Assembly: GCA_046563655.1 (NCBI GenBank)
Contig: CM102286.1
Location: 2,728,001 to 2,792,000, forward strand
DNA: 64,000 bases
Origin: Yuukianura sp. NJ FZ-2021
Taxonomy: Eukaryota
Direction: 5' to 3'
Shown: positions 36,956 through 48,100 of the stretch, piece by piece
Numbering within the stretch: the first letter of the stretch is position 1
How the letters are laid out: each line of letters begins with the position of its first letter
Notes under the pieces: generated by a model
What the model saw: only the letters and a program-made list of their open reading frames with translations
Database searches by the model: none
What the model was told of the DNA's origin: nothing
Translations under genes and position numbers: made by a program

Positions 36956-37708
36956 TCACAATTTGAAAAATTTGAGTACAACGAATAGGACAGAAAAAGT
37001 TAAAATTGAAGAAGCGAAGACTGATGTTCCACCACAAACACAAAATCCTTCTTTGAGTCTGCGCTGCTCGTATGCTTCGACATTTGACTTTGCAGAAGAA
37101 TCTGACTTTATTTCTTTCTCCACCGCTTTTTTAAATCCATCTAATGTGCATTCTTCACGTGTCGTTTTGATGACACATTTGGCCTTACTGGCACATCGAT
37201 TGTCGTATTTGTCCAATCCAATTACAAATGCCCCTGGTGTTTTACGCACCAAATACAAGAGGTCATCATGTGTACAATGTGATCCAGGGGCAGCCAGGCA
37301 CGAGTCTCCTTCCAATTTAACGGTAACGTTAATTCCTTGTCGTTCTACTTCGCCACAGTCGCAGTAGCCCTTTGAAGTGCACTGGAAATTCTTAAATCCG
37401 TTGCAATAAGAACGTGGATGATTGACAATCGGCTCCAATATGCCCTGGATTTCGTGAAATATTCGTTGAGCATAGTCACTCGACTGGATTCCGGTTTTGA
37501 GCAATTCAACGTTCTCCAAAATTCGTTTTTCAGCATCTTTGACTTGCTGTTCTGCAGCTATGTCGCAGGATTCCTTGTAACCCAGAGTGAGTTTTTTTAA
37601 AATGGCTTCTGCGATGAATTTAAACTGTTGTTCCACTTGGAAATCATCATTAGCAACACAAAAGCCAATCAGTGACACCAAAACTGCAAAAACCAAAATG
37701 AGCTTCAT
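36956..37708 (-). CDS. Cysteine-rich (EB-module-like) surface protein, type A copy 1, 250 aa, intronless
   Basis: Signal MKLILVFAVLVSLIGFCVA; Cys scaffold (YCNGFKNFQCTSKGYCDC...CLAAPGSHC...RCASKAKCV...FCVC); C-terminal hydrophobic GPI-like tail. Paralogous to the next three ORFs. Confidence 0.85.
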   Translation of the reverse strand: MKLILVFAVLVSLIGFCVANDDFQVEQQFKFIAEAILKKLTLGYKESCDIAAEQQVKDAEKRILENVELLKTGIQSSDYAQRIFHEIQGILEPIVNHPRSYCNGFKNFQCTSKGYCDCGEVERQGINVTVKLEGDSCLAAPGSHCTHDDLLYLVRKTPGAFVIGLDKYDNRCASKAKCVIKTTREECTLDGFKKAVEKEIKSDSSAKSNVEAYEQRRLKEGFCVCGGTSVFASSILTFSVLFVVLKFFKL

Positions 37709-37827
37709 TGGAAAAATTGGTTCAGAAAAAAAATTGATTTCGATTTTTGATTTTTTGAAATTGCTCAAACAGTGTGTCTGGAATGAGGAACAGAGGTTAG
37801 CTCAGGATGCATTTTAATTCTGATATG

Positions 37828-37919
37828 GAGCGGGAAAACGGAAACGAATTGTGGTGTTCAAATTCTTCGAAAAATAACCGAACAATACATGCGGCTTTAT
37901 ATTTCCTGTTTTTCAAATT
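37828..37919 (-). promoter_or_regulatory. Conserved upstream element of type-A gene copy 1
   Basis: GAGCGGGAAAACGGAAACGAATTGTGGTGTTCA...TTCCTGTTTT is conserved with 40582-40672, while the surrounding intergenic DNA is more diverged. Confidence 0.55.
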
Positions 37920-38139
37920 CTGAAAACATCAACTGCATTTGCTTAGGTAAAAAGTGCTGTTGTTTTTAAAATTCAGAATCATTGAGCTTTGTCCAATACA
38001 ATTTTTGTTTTTCTCAAGCGTAAAAACTCAAAGCTTAACATTAACATCAAAGTATTCAAAATATGAAAACAGGTCGTTACCTTACGCCACTTGAGTCAAT
38101 TAACTTGAAGTTAATTGGCTAACATGAGTTCTAATAAAG

Positions 38140-38895
38140 CTAATAAACTGCAGATTTCATAAGAACGAACAAGGCCATGATTAAGGTGAGAACTGGAAAT
38201 GCCAAAGTTGAAAAAGGTCCATTGCAGAGGCAAATTCCTTCTCTAAAATTCTCAAACGCGAAATCATGTATGTTTTCAACTTGACCTTCCTCATCCAACG
38301 TTCTCTTGGCTTCGGCTTGCATTGCTTCCACTGTACAAACTTCACCATTACTCTTGACAACACAAGAAGCATTTCCAGCACATCGATAATCAATCTGCGC
38401 CGCTAGAGCCATTAGAGTTCCGAGTGGATTGTCTTGTGATTGGCTCATGAGTTCCGCCGGAATACAAATTGATCCAGAAGCAAGGCGACATGCGTTGCCG
38501 TCTTTTTGGAAACTCATTTTGAATCCATAGGTTTCATCTGCTCCTGCGCAGTCGCAAACTCCTTCCGCAGTGCATTGGAGATTGTGGTTGCCATTGCAGA
38601 AGGTACCATTAATGCTATACATGGTCTGACTAATTGTAGCGAATTTCGTTTCAAATTCTTCCAGAGTAAAAGTTTCCATCCGAATTTTGTTAAACAAATT
38701 CAAAAGTTCTGCGCTATGTTTTCCTTTTCCCTGTTCATTTTCATAGTGGCAGGGACTTCCGTAAGTCAAATTGCTCCTTTCATTCGTAGATGACAGAAGC
38801 AGCTTCGCGACGGTCAGTAATTCATTGGTGTCTAAGATAGGAAGCACGTCGGTTGCAAATATCACGGACAGTAGAACTCCGGCCTTCCAGTACAT
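38140..38895 (-). CDS. Cysteine-rich (EB-module-like) surface protein, type B copy 1, 251 aa, intronless
   Basis: Signal peptide, the same Cys scaffold (FCNGNHNLQCTAEGVCDC...CRLASGSIC...RCAGNASCV...ICLC) and a hydrophobic C-terminal tail. Confidence 0.85.
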   Translation of the reverse strand: MYWKAGVLLSVIFATDVLPILDTNELLTVAKLLLSSTNERSNLTYGSPCHYENEQGKGKHSAELLNLFNKIRMETFTLEEFETKFATISQTMYSINGTFCNGNHNLQCTAEGVCDCAGADETYGFKMSFQKDGNACRLASGSICIPAELMSQSQDNPLGTLMALAAQIDYRCAGNASCVVKSNGEVCTVEAMQAEAKRTLDEEGQVENIHDFAFENFREGICLCNGPFSTLAFPVLTLIMALFVLMKSAVY

Positions 38896-39782
38896 AGTGG
38901 TGGTTGGGAAATAACTTTTAAAAAAAATTTAAAAGAAAAAATGTTAGACTAATTAACTAATTGCGAATACCAGGGTGTCAGAAAAGAATTTTTGAAAAAT
39001 ACAAAAGGAAATTCGACACATTTTTTTTTTATTTCTCCTAGAAATCTAGTTGGTGATTTGTTTTTAATTTTTTTTACAACGTTTTGTTGTTCATTACATC
39101 CTTTAATCCTTAACTTACTAGGTTTGATATGATTCAAATGGTTTGCCTTTCACTTTGAAGAAAGTTTTGTATAGTTATGGCTTCACTTTAGTTTTGAAAA
39201 TTTAACTTCCGCTGAAAGCTGTGGAATATCTTTATGTTTCTTGTCTGCTTTGGTTTAGCTTGGAGAATGTATTTAATCTTACCTAAAGTAAGTCAAAATA
39301 TTAACTTCTATATGCAAGTACCTTAAGCAGTTACCTCGAAAACCACGCAAAAGAACGTAGAAGCGGAAAGTCGACAACAGAGTCCAGCAGTAGCACAATT
39401 AGCGTCAGGTTGAGGAAAAGCTTTCTTTTTAAATAGATGAACCAAAAGGAATTTGTTTGACTAATGAACAAACCAGAAAAGCCGCGCTTCACAATTTTTT
39501 TACAGTGTCAATTTTTTCGTTCACGTAACAATTGCAGTACGACAAGTAGAAGTAGTAGCGTGCGAAGGCATAAATATTAAGCACATGACAAAACTGAAAA
39601 GATCAAATCGATATTGGTATTTATTACTATACTTTCTTTCTCAAAACAAATCTTTTAAATGTTCGGTAACACTGCAATCAAATCCTAATCAACTACTGTA
39701 ATGTTAACAATTTCTCGAAAAATTTTACAACAAGCAAAAATGGTAAGGAACTGAAGCAGAATGTAGAATCCAAAATTGATGT

Positions 39783-40466
39783 TCACGCGCACACGCAGAA
39801 TTGTTCTTTGAGTCTGCGCCTTAGAAATGCTTCAGCATTCGGCAGTTGAGCAGGATTGGCTGCTAATTCCTTCTGAAGCGCTGTAACTATTCCATCAGAT
39901 GTACATTCTTCACGGCTACTTTTGATGACACAGGAAGCCTTATTTGCACATCGAGTTTCAAATTTGTGTGCTCGAAATGCTCCACCCAGTGCTTGCTGGC
40001 CAACTTTTAAAAGTGTAGCATGAGTACATACTGATCCTGGTGAAAGAAGACATTTGTCGCCTTCGGGTTGATGCTTTATCCCAGTTATCCCTCCAACTTG
40101 TTTGTCTGTATCACAGTCGCAGTAGCCCTTAGAAGTGCAATGTAAATTACTGAAAATGTTGCAAAATGGGCTTCGTGATTTTGCAACAGAGTCGAATAAT
40201 TTCCGCGATTCACGAAATGTACGCTGGCTCTCAGCAGTTGATTGTGTGCCGGTCTTGAGCTTTTCAGCGTTCTTGACAATTTTATCTTCAACTTCTGCTG
40301 CTTGTTGTTCTGCACGAAAGTTACATCGCTGGTTGTGACCCAGAGTGGCTTTCTTTTCAATAATGTCCATAAAGAATTGAAGTTGCTGCAAATAAGAAGT
40401 GTTGTCATTTGCAACACAGAAGCCTACCCATGATACCAGAACTACAAAAACCAAAACGAATTTCAT
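39783..40466 (-). CDS. Cysteine-rich protein, type A copy 2, 227 aa, stops before the anchor tail
   Basis: Clear paralog of 36956-37708. Ends FCVCA*; the hydrophobic tail continues in frame after the TGA. Confidence 0.82.
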   Translation of the reverse strand: MKFVLVFVVLVSWVGFCVANDNTSYLQQLQFFMDIIEKKATLGHNQRCNFRAEQQAAEVEDKIVKNAEKLKTGTQSTAESQRTFRESRKLFDSVAKSRSPFCNIFSNLHCTSKGYCDCDTDKQVGGITGIKHQPEGDKCLLSPGSVCTHATLLKVGQQALGGAFRAHKFETRCANKASCVIKSSREECTSDGIVTALQKELAANPAQLPNAEAFLRRRLKEQFCVCA

Positions 40467-40581
40467 TTTTTTTGTAATTGAATCAAGAAAAATTTAAATT
40501 CTAGCGTTTCAGGTTATTAAAAGTTTTCAAATGCTCTTTTTTTTCAAAACTTTTTCGCTTCCAATGCTTTAAATGCTGTTA

Positions 40582-40672
40582 GAGCGGGAAAAGGGAAGTG
40601 AATTGCGGTGTTCATATCCTGCGAAAGTAAGTGAACAATCCATGTGACTCCATGCTTCCTGTTTTACAAATT
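40582..40672 (-). promoter_or_regulatory. Conserved upstream element of type-A gene copy 2
   Basis: GAGCGGGAAAAGGGAAGTGAATTGCGGTGTTCA...TTCCTGTTTT, homologous to 37828-37919. Confidence 0.55.
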
Positions 40673-40975
40673 TTCAAAATTCTGACGAGGAAGGGCGTAT
40701 CCTCCCCAAATTTGAACAAAATATAACTAGAGTTTACAAGTTACATTTAAATTTTGTTATGCCTTAACCACAAAAGTTAATAATTTCAATACATTCCGAA
40801 ATTAATTTTATTAAAAATTAAAATCGCTAATGGTCTCACCATTTTCGATACAAGCAAAACATGCTTTCCTAAATACTAAAAGCTTAGCGTAACATTAACG
40901 ACTTTGGAATAACAAAATATACTATAATGTATACACTTGAAGTAAAGTTAATTAACTAACATAAACTCCATTAAG

Positions 40976-41728
40976 TTAGTAAACTAAACATTTGATAAAA
41001 ACCAACAAGGCCATGATTAAAGTAAAAACTGGAGACGCAAAATTTGAAAAAGTTCCTTTACAAACACAAACGCCCTCTTTGGCTTTCTGGAAAAAGAATT
41101 CAACTGGATTTTCAACTGGACCTTCCTCAGCCTCCAGTCTTCTAAATTCCGTTTGCATTGATTCCAGCGTACAGAGTCCACGGTTACTCTTGACAATACA
41201 AACAGCATTCCCAGCACATCGATACTCATGCTGTACAGGTTTAGTTGTAAATGGATTGTTTAGTCTTGATTTTTCCATGAGTTCTCCAGGAGCACAAAGT
41301 GATCCAGGAGCAATGAGACATACGTTGCCATCCCTTTGAAAACTCATTTTGAATCCATAGGATTCATCTGCTCCTGCGCAGGCGCAAACTTCGTCAGAAT
41401 TGCATTGCAGATTTTGGTAGCCATTGCAGAAAACAGTAGGAATGGAGGCTATGGACTGAATGATTGAGACCAATTTGTTTTTGAATTGTTCCAAACTGAA
41501 CGACGCGTCCATCCGAATTGTGCTCATCAAATTCAAAAGTTGCTTTTCATATTTTTGTTTCTCTTGTTCACTGGCGTAGTTGCATTTGGAACCGTAAGTC
41601 AAAATGTTCTTTTCCATTAGGGATTCTAGCAGCGGCTTTACCTCGGCTATTAGTTGATTGGGATCTAGACTAGAAGCGACGTCGGTTGCAAGCATCAAGG
41701 ACACCAAAATCCACGTCTTCCAGGTCAT
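40976..41728 (-). CDS. Cysteine-rich (EB-module-like) surface protein, type B copy 2, 250 aa, intronless
   Basis: Close paralog of 38140-38895 (shared LTYGS, CAGADExYGFKMSFQxDGN, YRCAGNA, PVxTLIMAL). Confidence 0.85.
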   Translation of the reverse strand: MTWKTWILVSLMLATDVASSLDPNQLIAEVKPLLESLMEKNILTYGSKCNYASEQEKQKYEKQLLNLMSTIRMDASFSLEQFKNKLVSIIQSIASIPTVFCNGYQNLQCNSDEVCACAGADESYGFKMSFQRDGNVCLIAPGSLCAPGELMEKSRLNNPFTTKPVQHEYRCAGNAVCIVKSNRGLCTLESMQTEFRRLEAEEGPVENPVEFFFQKAKEGVCVCKGTFSNFASPVFTLIMALLVFIKCLVY

Positions 41729-42563
41729 AGTGGTAGCTGGAGAATATATTTTTGAAAAATCTGCAAAAGAAAAACGAAATAAAGTTTTAGACAGATGAAG
41801 ACGAACTAACTAAATACAGAACGTGGCACAAAAAGTAGAAAAAGTTAGATTGAAAAATTCGTTTTCGAAGAAATCCGTTCTGAAACTTTTTGGGCTTTTA
41901 GCGGTAACGTAGTTTTCCTTTTCAAACTTCTTTCAAATAGGATCTTACTGCAGAATTTGAATTCTTCAGGTTCCACTTTTTGTAAAACCTGAAAATAAAG
42001 ATTAGTTTTGTTTGACTTTGGCTTCACTTAGGTTCTGACAAATTTATTTCCAATGTTGAAAAGTATAAAACAAATTCTTATCCTTCCGGAATGGTTTGGT
42101 TTAAACCAATTTCTAAAAATCTTCTTTTTTTGAACTTCTTGCACGAAGGTTGTCAAAATATTAGTAATTTGTATCTGTCTGTACGTCGTTACCGCCAAGG
42201 TCAAAGAAAAGTGATTTAACACAAACTGTAACCAATACTCCTCCGCCTGTTCATTAGCAAATCACTTTTCGTTGTTTATGGGTTGGTTTTGCACTGTTTA
42301 ACTTATAACTTTGGAGCTTAATGAAACAAAATGAAAAGTAGCTACCTAAGCTTGTCCTGGAGCTAATGCTGATGAATAATTTAAGCTTTCCTGAGCTCTA
42401 AATGACAATAAAATAGCACATCTACTACGCAAAAGGTTTTGGAGCTACGATTAGTAAAGGTCATGTGCAAAATGTCACCTCGGAATGAGTTTCAGATGCA
42501 CAATGTTGTTCGGCGTCCAACAAAAACTTGTGTGGTAAACAAAAACTGTCACTCTGTGATGAT

Positions 42564-42750
42564 CAGACTTGCCAAAAATATTTAGTTCCCATGCTGTAAT
42601 GGTAGAAAAATAAATATTTCAGGTCTTTTTGTCGCTAAATATTTATTTAATTTCTGATGCCATTAAGTTCGTAAATATTTCGAGCTTTTTTATTAAATAT
42701 TGTACTAATTATATTTCGCTGGGGTTTAGTAAATATTTTTGGCAAGTCTG
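42564..42750. mobile_element. hAT-like MITE, family 2
   Basis: Perfect 21-bp TIR CAGACTTGCCAAAAATATTTA / TAAATATTTTTGGCAAGTCTG. Flanks GTGATGAT / GTGACGAT give a 7/8 8-bp TSD. Confidence 0.88.
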
Positions 42751-44904
42751 GTGACGATGAAAGTTCGGAATTGATTTTCAAATGCCAAAGGACATTAAAA
42801 TGCTTGATGTTTGTCAGAGGACAATGGCTTTTTCACTAGTTTGAACAACTAAAATTAAAAATTGACCAACGCGGACTGTCACGCTAGGTTTTTGACTAAC
42901 CTTGTCTAACATTGGAAACACGTCTATAAAACCGCATGAGGTTGTCTGTTTAGATGCTAATAAAAGTTGTACAATAAGCCTTAAGTGTATCCCGGATGGA
43001 CTAATGACCTTACCTTTCTGCTTCCCACCGGATGGAGAAAGTCGAATTTTAGAATGCTGGCGGAGAAAGCCAGGTCTGTCGTTATGCCAACTCTCTTCCT
43101 GGCGCCTAGAGATGAATTACTGGCTTCCTTCTTAGTGTTGCGGACTGTTTGTAAGGTACAAGAAAAGTAGACGTTAGAAGTACCAGCAAAATAGCACGAC
43201 CAACTTTTTAGAGAGAGAGTATTTTGGGCGAAATTGGAAAACTCCGGGAAAAGGTGAGTTTTAGGCTTCTGCCGCCACCACCGTCATGTTGGAAACTGGG
43301 AACTTTTAAATTTGACTTTCTCTATTACTCTGGACGGAGATGTCAGCTAGCGAGATGCGCTTCGGCTGGAGTCTCCTGGAAAGATTGCTGATGATGAGAT
43401 CTTCCTTACCCTCACGTAAGCACTGGAGCGTTCCGTACTTAGAAGCGTAACATGGCGGGGGTTTTTGGAATCAAGTTAGTTAGGTTGGATCGAAGGGAAG
43501 GCGTTGTTTTGAAGGGATTGTGGCCTATATATGTGAATTAACGGCCTTAGCCTATTCTGCAATTCAATAAGAACATAGCGTCTTTACAAAGGATTTCTTA
43601 GATGAACCGAGATGTGCCAGTTAGAAATGTCTAAATTTTAGTAGAAACCCTGGAGCTAGAGCATAGTTACCCCACGCAACGCTGTTCACTTGGCTGGAAC
43701 TGAGGAATATTAATGCTTTTTTCATGAAATGAATCATGACGATGAGTCAAACCATCAAATCTCAAAACTAGTATAAATTATTGGAGCATAAAAATTTCAT
43801 GGTGTTGGAAAAGATGCGCGTCTTGAGCGTATTCCTGGCAACGTTTCCCCCTCTACTTACTTTCAAGTCAGTTTCTCAATTGAAACGAAGTTGAAGTACA
43901 AAAGAAAACTTCAGAAAACGGAAATAGTGACAAATTGATCTAATCTGTTTCCTTCGAATAACAAATTTCAAAAAACGGAACAATTTTCTGCTATAAACAA
44001 AACACATAAGAAGTTCTTCACGCTAAAAGATGAAACTTTTCAAATTTAAACTTAAAAAATTGTAATTTTAGCATATTTTGAAACATAATTCATTAAACAC
44101 AAACTAAAAACTAACAAAAAATTGGTGCAAAAAGCGCAAAGTTTGGATCAGATTGACTCATTCTGTCAAAACTTATTGAAAAACAACTTTCGCTTTTTTT
44201 GAAACTTTGACGGTTATTACTAGGATCAGTAATGGAGAATTTACATAAACTTTGAAAAGAGCGCTAATAATTCTTTGAGCCCCAGTGGCAGTTCACTTTG
44301 AACATGAAATATTGATAAAAAAATAATTATGATGCTCTCCTGCCGAGTCATTGATGTAGAAAAAATGGCTTCTAGCCATTCCGTTCCCGTAATGATTTTT
44401 GGCACATAATGATGAAGAAAAGCGGCGTTTTTGCAAGTATTTGTTTGCAAACTTTCTCTTAGCTTTTGAAGTTAGAATCCAGGCAGTGCTAAATTTTAGA
44501 CAGCAAAGAGCCGACTTTTAGGAGACTGTTGAAACAGAGAAAAGAACAAAAGGATTTTGTTTGTTCTAGTTTAATTGAATTTTCAAGTAACAGTTTCCAC
44601 AAACCATTAATTGTCCCGGTTTCTAGAGATGCTTTCCCACCGCAGATATTTAGCCAAAAGGCGTGTTCCAACTAACAAATCTATTTGAAGACTGGAGTTG
44701 CCGCGCAATTCAAAATTACAAAAAAGGAACACGAGTTGTTTACGACTTTCACAAAGTCAGAGCATACTGGATGTATCCAGTTCCCTTATTCTGCACATTT
44801 TCTTAATCAAGTTGTTTACAAAATTACATAATTAACTTTTCAATTTTCAAATTAAAGTGAATTAAAAAAACGTTCACTTTTAATGTTTTTTTTTATATAA
44901 TTAG

Positions 44905-45101
44905 CATGCATGCCAAAAATATTCAGTTCACATGCCTGTAATGTTAACAAAATCAGTTATTCAATCTTTTTGTTACTAAATATTTATTTATTTACTATCC
45001 ACTTGATGTTAATTTCTTATTAAATATTTCGAACTTTTTCAGTAAATATTGTATTTATTTAAATATTCCTTTGATTTTCAGCAAATATTTTTGGCAATTA
45101 G
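44905..45101. mobile_element. Degenerate hAT-like MITE, family 2
   Basis: TGCCAAAAATATT...AATATTTTTGGCA ends and internal TAAATATTT repeats, colinear with 42564-42750. Confidence 0.7.
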
Positions 45102-48100
45102 AGTAAAATATTTGTTTGGAATGAATATGTTGAGAAGAGGGGAATGTCACATGTGAATTGTGATTGCGGAACTTTTCCATTACGGTTATCCAGCCATTGT
45201 TCTTAAGTGATGAAGGGACTTGGCAATACTCCATGACACTTTCCTCTCTTGCAAAGTGCCTAACCAAAAAAAAAGTTAACCTAAAATATTTATGGACAGA
45301 AGAGGTCAACCTTCATGGGTTCATGCGCAGAACGCTCCAGCGTCGTCTCGTTCTGACTTGGATTCTTTACTTTTACTTGCGTAGTTCACAAATCATAAAA
45401 TGTAGTAAGAGTTATGAACAGAATTCATTCAACAAAGTATATTTTTGCCTGCACATTTTTAGTGTGCAGTACAAATTGTGTTTCAGTTGTTTACAATTCA
45501 ACAAAAAAGATGATTCGTTTTAGCTTGAACTTGGTTACCGAAACTCAGATTTCAAAACAAAACTTTCACCGTGTCCAGTCTAGTGCAGCAACATCTAGGA
45601 ATGCTCTGTTGATGCTGCTTTCTAGATTATGCTATTTTCTCTTAGAGATGGCGAAGCTGCACTGCAAAATTTTGAGAAACCTATTCAAAAAACTATGCAC
45701 AACACAGAAAACCAGATGGCGACAACGTCGCTTGAAAAATGTTTTGAACAGGGTATTGTACTTCTACAAGGAGCATTTAGATTACTTTTATAGTTTAAGT
45801 TAACGTTCGCATTAATATCGTAAATATTGTTGAATTTGAATTCATATTGTTTGAAAATTTTGATTTTTAAAACATTTGCCATTTGAAATGAGGTGGAATA
45901 CGAAATCTGAAAATATGGGGAAATGTATTTTGTTTGTGCACGTTTCAGAAATTATTTCATAATTTACACAAAACCAGGCGATTTTTAATTTTGTTAATTT
46001 GAAAAAAAAATTTTTTTTGGACTAAACTGTTTACAGCGTCGGAAACACTGAAAGTGCTTGGCAAACGTACAGAGAGTTGCCTCTGACTCTACTACTACCC
46101 GGGTAAAACCCGTTTGAACCTTCAGTTCGTTCCTGGTCGTTGATAGCAGAGGTTCTGCGTTGCTTCTGCACAGTCCCAATGCTGCATGGTGCAAACTCTT
46201 TGAACTTGTTCTTTGCTCACCGACAAACGCCTGTTCCTGTTTCAAATTTACTTTGAAATTGAATGTCTGTCTCTGAGTACTTTTTTAAACGAAAGAAAGT
46301 AACATCATTCCCAGTTCAAATTTTCTCTTTGAATTGAAAAGTTGAAGTGGAGTTTAGGTAGGATGGGCGGTTTTGAAAGTCCCTCAGAAAACGACGGTTG
46401 TTTAGTTATTCGAAACTTGTAGTTGAACTATTTTTGTGCATACAAAGTCCCACCACAGCCACCACTGACTACACTAGTCGAAAAACTTTTATGCCGCCAC
46501 TTTCATGTGTCCCAGTTCAAACGAGAGGAATCTCAAAGCCTAATCCAATTTAATCGAATTTCTCAGATCCAAGTTTACACAAACTCTGCTCCTTTTCATA
46601 AACACAAACAACATACACTTTTCCAAATTTTTCCGCCCAAACAAACGCTTCCTACTGGCCCACGCAACATCAAAGCAAATTCAAAATGACGCAAATTACA
46701 GGTAAAAATATTTGCTCTCTCTGAAATTTTTACATTTCATTTATTTTCAGCACTCGAGTACTAATACGTTGAAATTGTCTAAAAAACTTGAAAAAACTAG
46801 TTACTGCTTTTATTTCAATCAAAGTGCTTCAAGTTCTTAAAAAAACGAAAAAAAAAGTTCTGATTAAAACAAATCGTTTTGAAAAAGATTAAAACATAAA
46901 AGAGAAAAAAAAACTCAAGTGGGTTTGCTTTTACTAAAAGCCTATTCACAAAACTTTGCTTTTGATGTTTGGTTTTTCATTAATTACAAGTCAGTGAAAG
47001 CCGTTTTTAGAACAAAATTTTTCAGTATGTTTAATTTGTGCTAATTAGTACACGTTTTATGTACAAAAAATTTTTTGCTCGTTGTTCAATAGTAGAGAGT
47101 CCAATATGCCTTTGAAGATTTTGGTTTAAATTGCTTAACATCTAAAAAAAAAGTTAAAACATAAAACTGTTGAAATTTTGTACAATTCAGTTTGAACTTT
47201 TGACAAGGTTCCCCTTCAATTGTTGCCGCATTTTAGTTTAACTTTGTGAAGAAAAGGACAAGTATTTTTGTGAATGATGAGATTGGATGAAAAGGAAAAC
47301 TTTTCCATTAGAAAACTTGTTTTTCAAAATTTTCAAAGAATGGAAGAGACAACAGATGGAGAAAGTTGGGCAGTCAGAGCAAGTTCCGCCACGAACTGTT
47401 GCTTTTGTTTTATTTTTTTTTTACTCAAATTCTATTTCCAAATTACTCTCCAGTTTCATCAAGCTTTTCTCTAAAAACATGCAGGGACTTCAAAAGAAAG
47501 GAGAAAGTAGGAGATTTTCTATTCTTTTCCTTCTGTTTCCGGAAGGCCTTAAGGAACTGGCAGGGGGCCCTTACTTTTACTTAAAAGTGTTACCTGCTCT
47601 CTTACTCCTTTGATATCGCGGCAACTTCACAAACACAAAGTGCCTCAAAGCGTAAAATCTTAATGAACTTCCTTTTCCCAAATCCTAATTCCTAGGAAGC
47701 TCATGGTCTAATTTAACTTTCAACTTTGCATTTACTTGAACATCTTACATTAAAAACCCTACACAAATCTTAAGAAATGAAACCAAGATTTCAGATTCAT
47801 GTAACGACTCTGAAAACAAATTTTTGGCAAAGTTTTAATTTTTAACACACAGCTCTTTTTACGCAGAAAAATACCAATTTTTTTGGAAACAATGACTGAT
47901 TTTTTTCTCACAAAAATGTTTTTCGTTTCAAATTTAATTTTTTGGTCCAAATATGCGGTAATTTAATCGAGTATTTATGGCAGTAGAAGATGTCTAATTT
48001 TTTTTTAGACTAAAGACATTTGTTTCTAAATATTTTTTGAAAAAATTGTTTAGGTGAAAAAAACTTTTTGAAACTTTCTGAAAACTTCTTTTTTAGTTTC

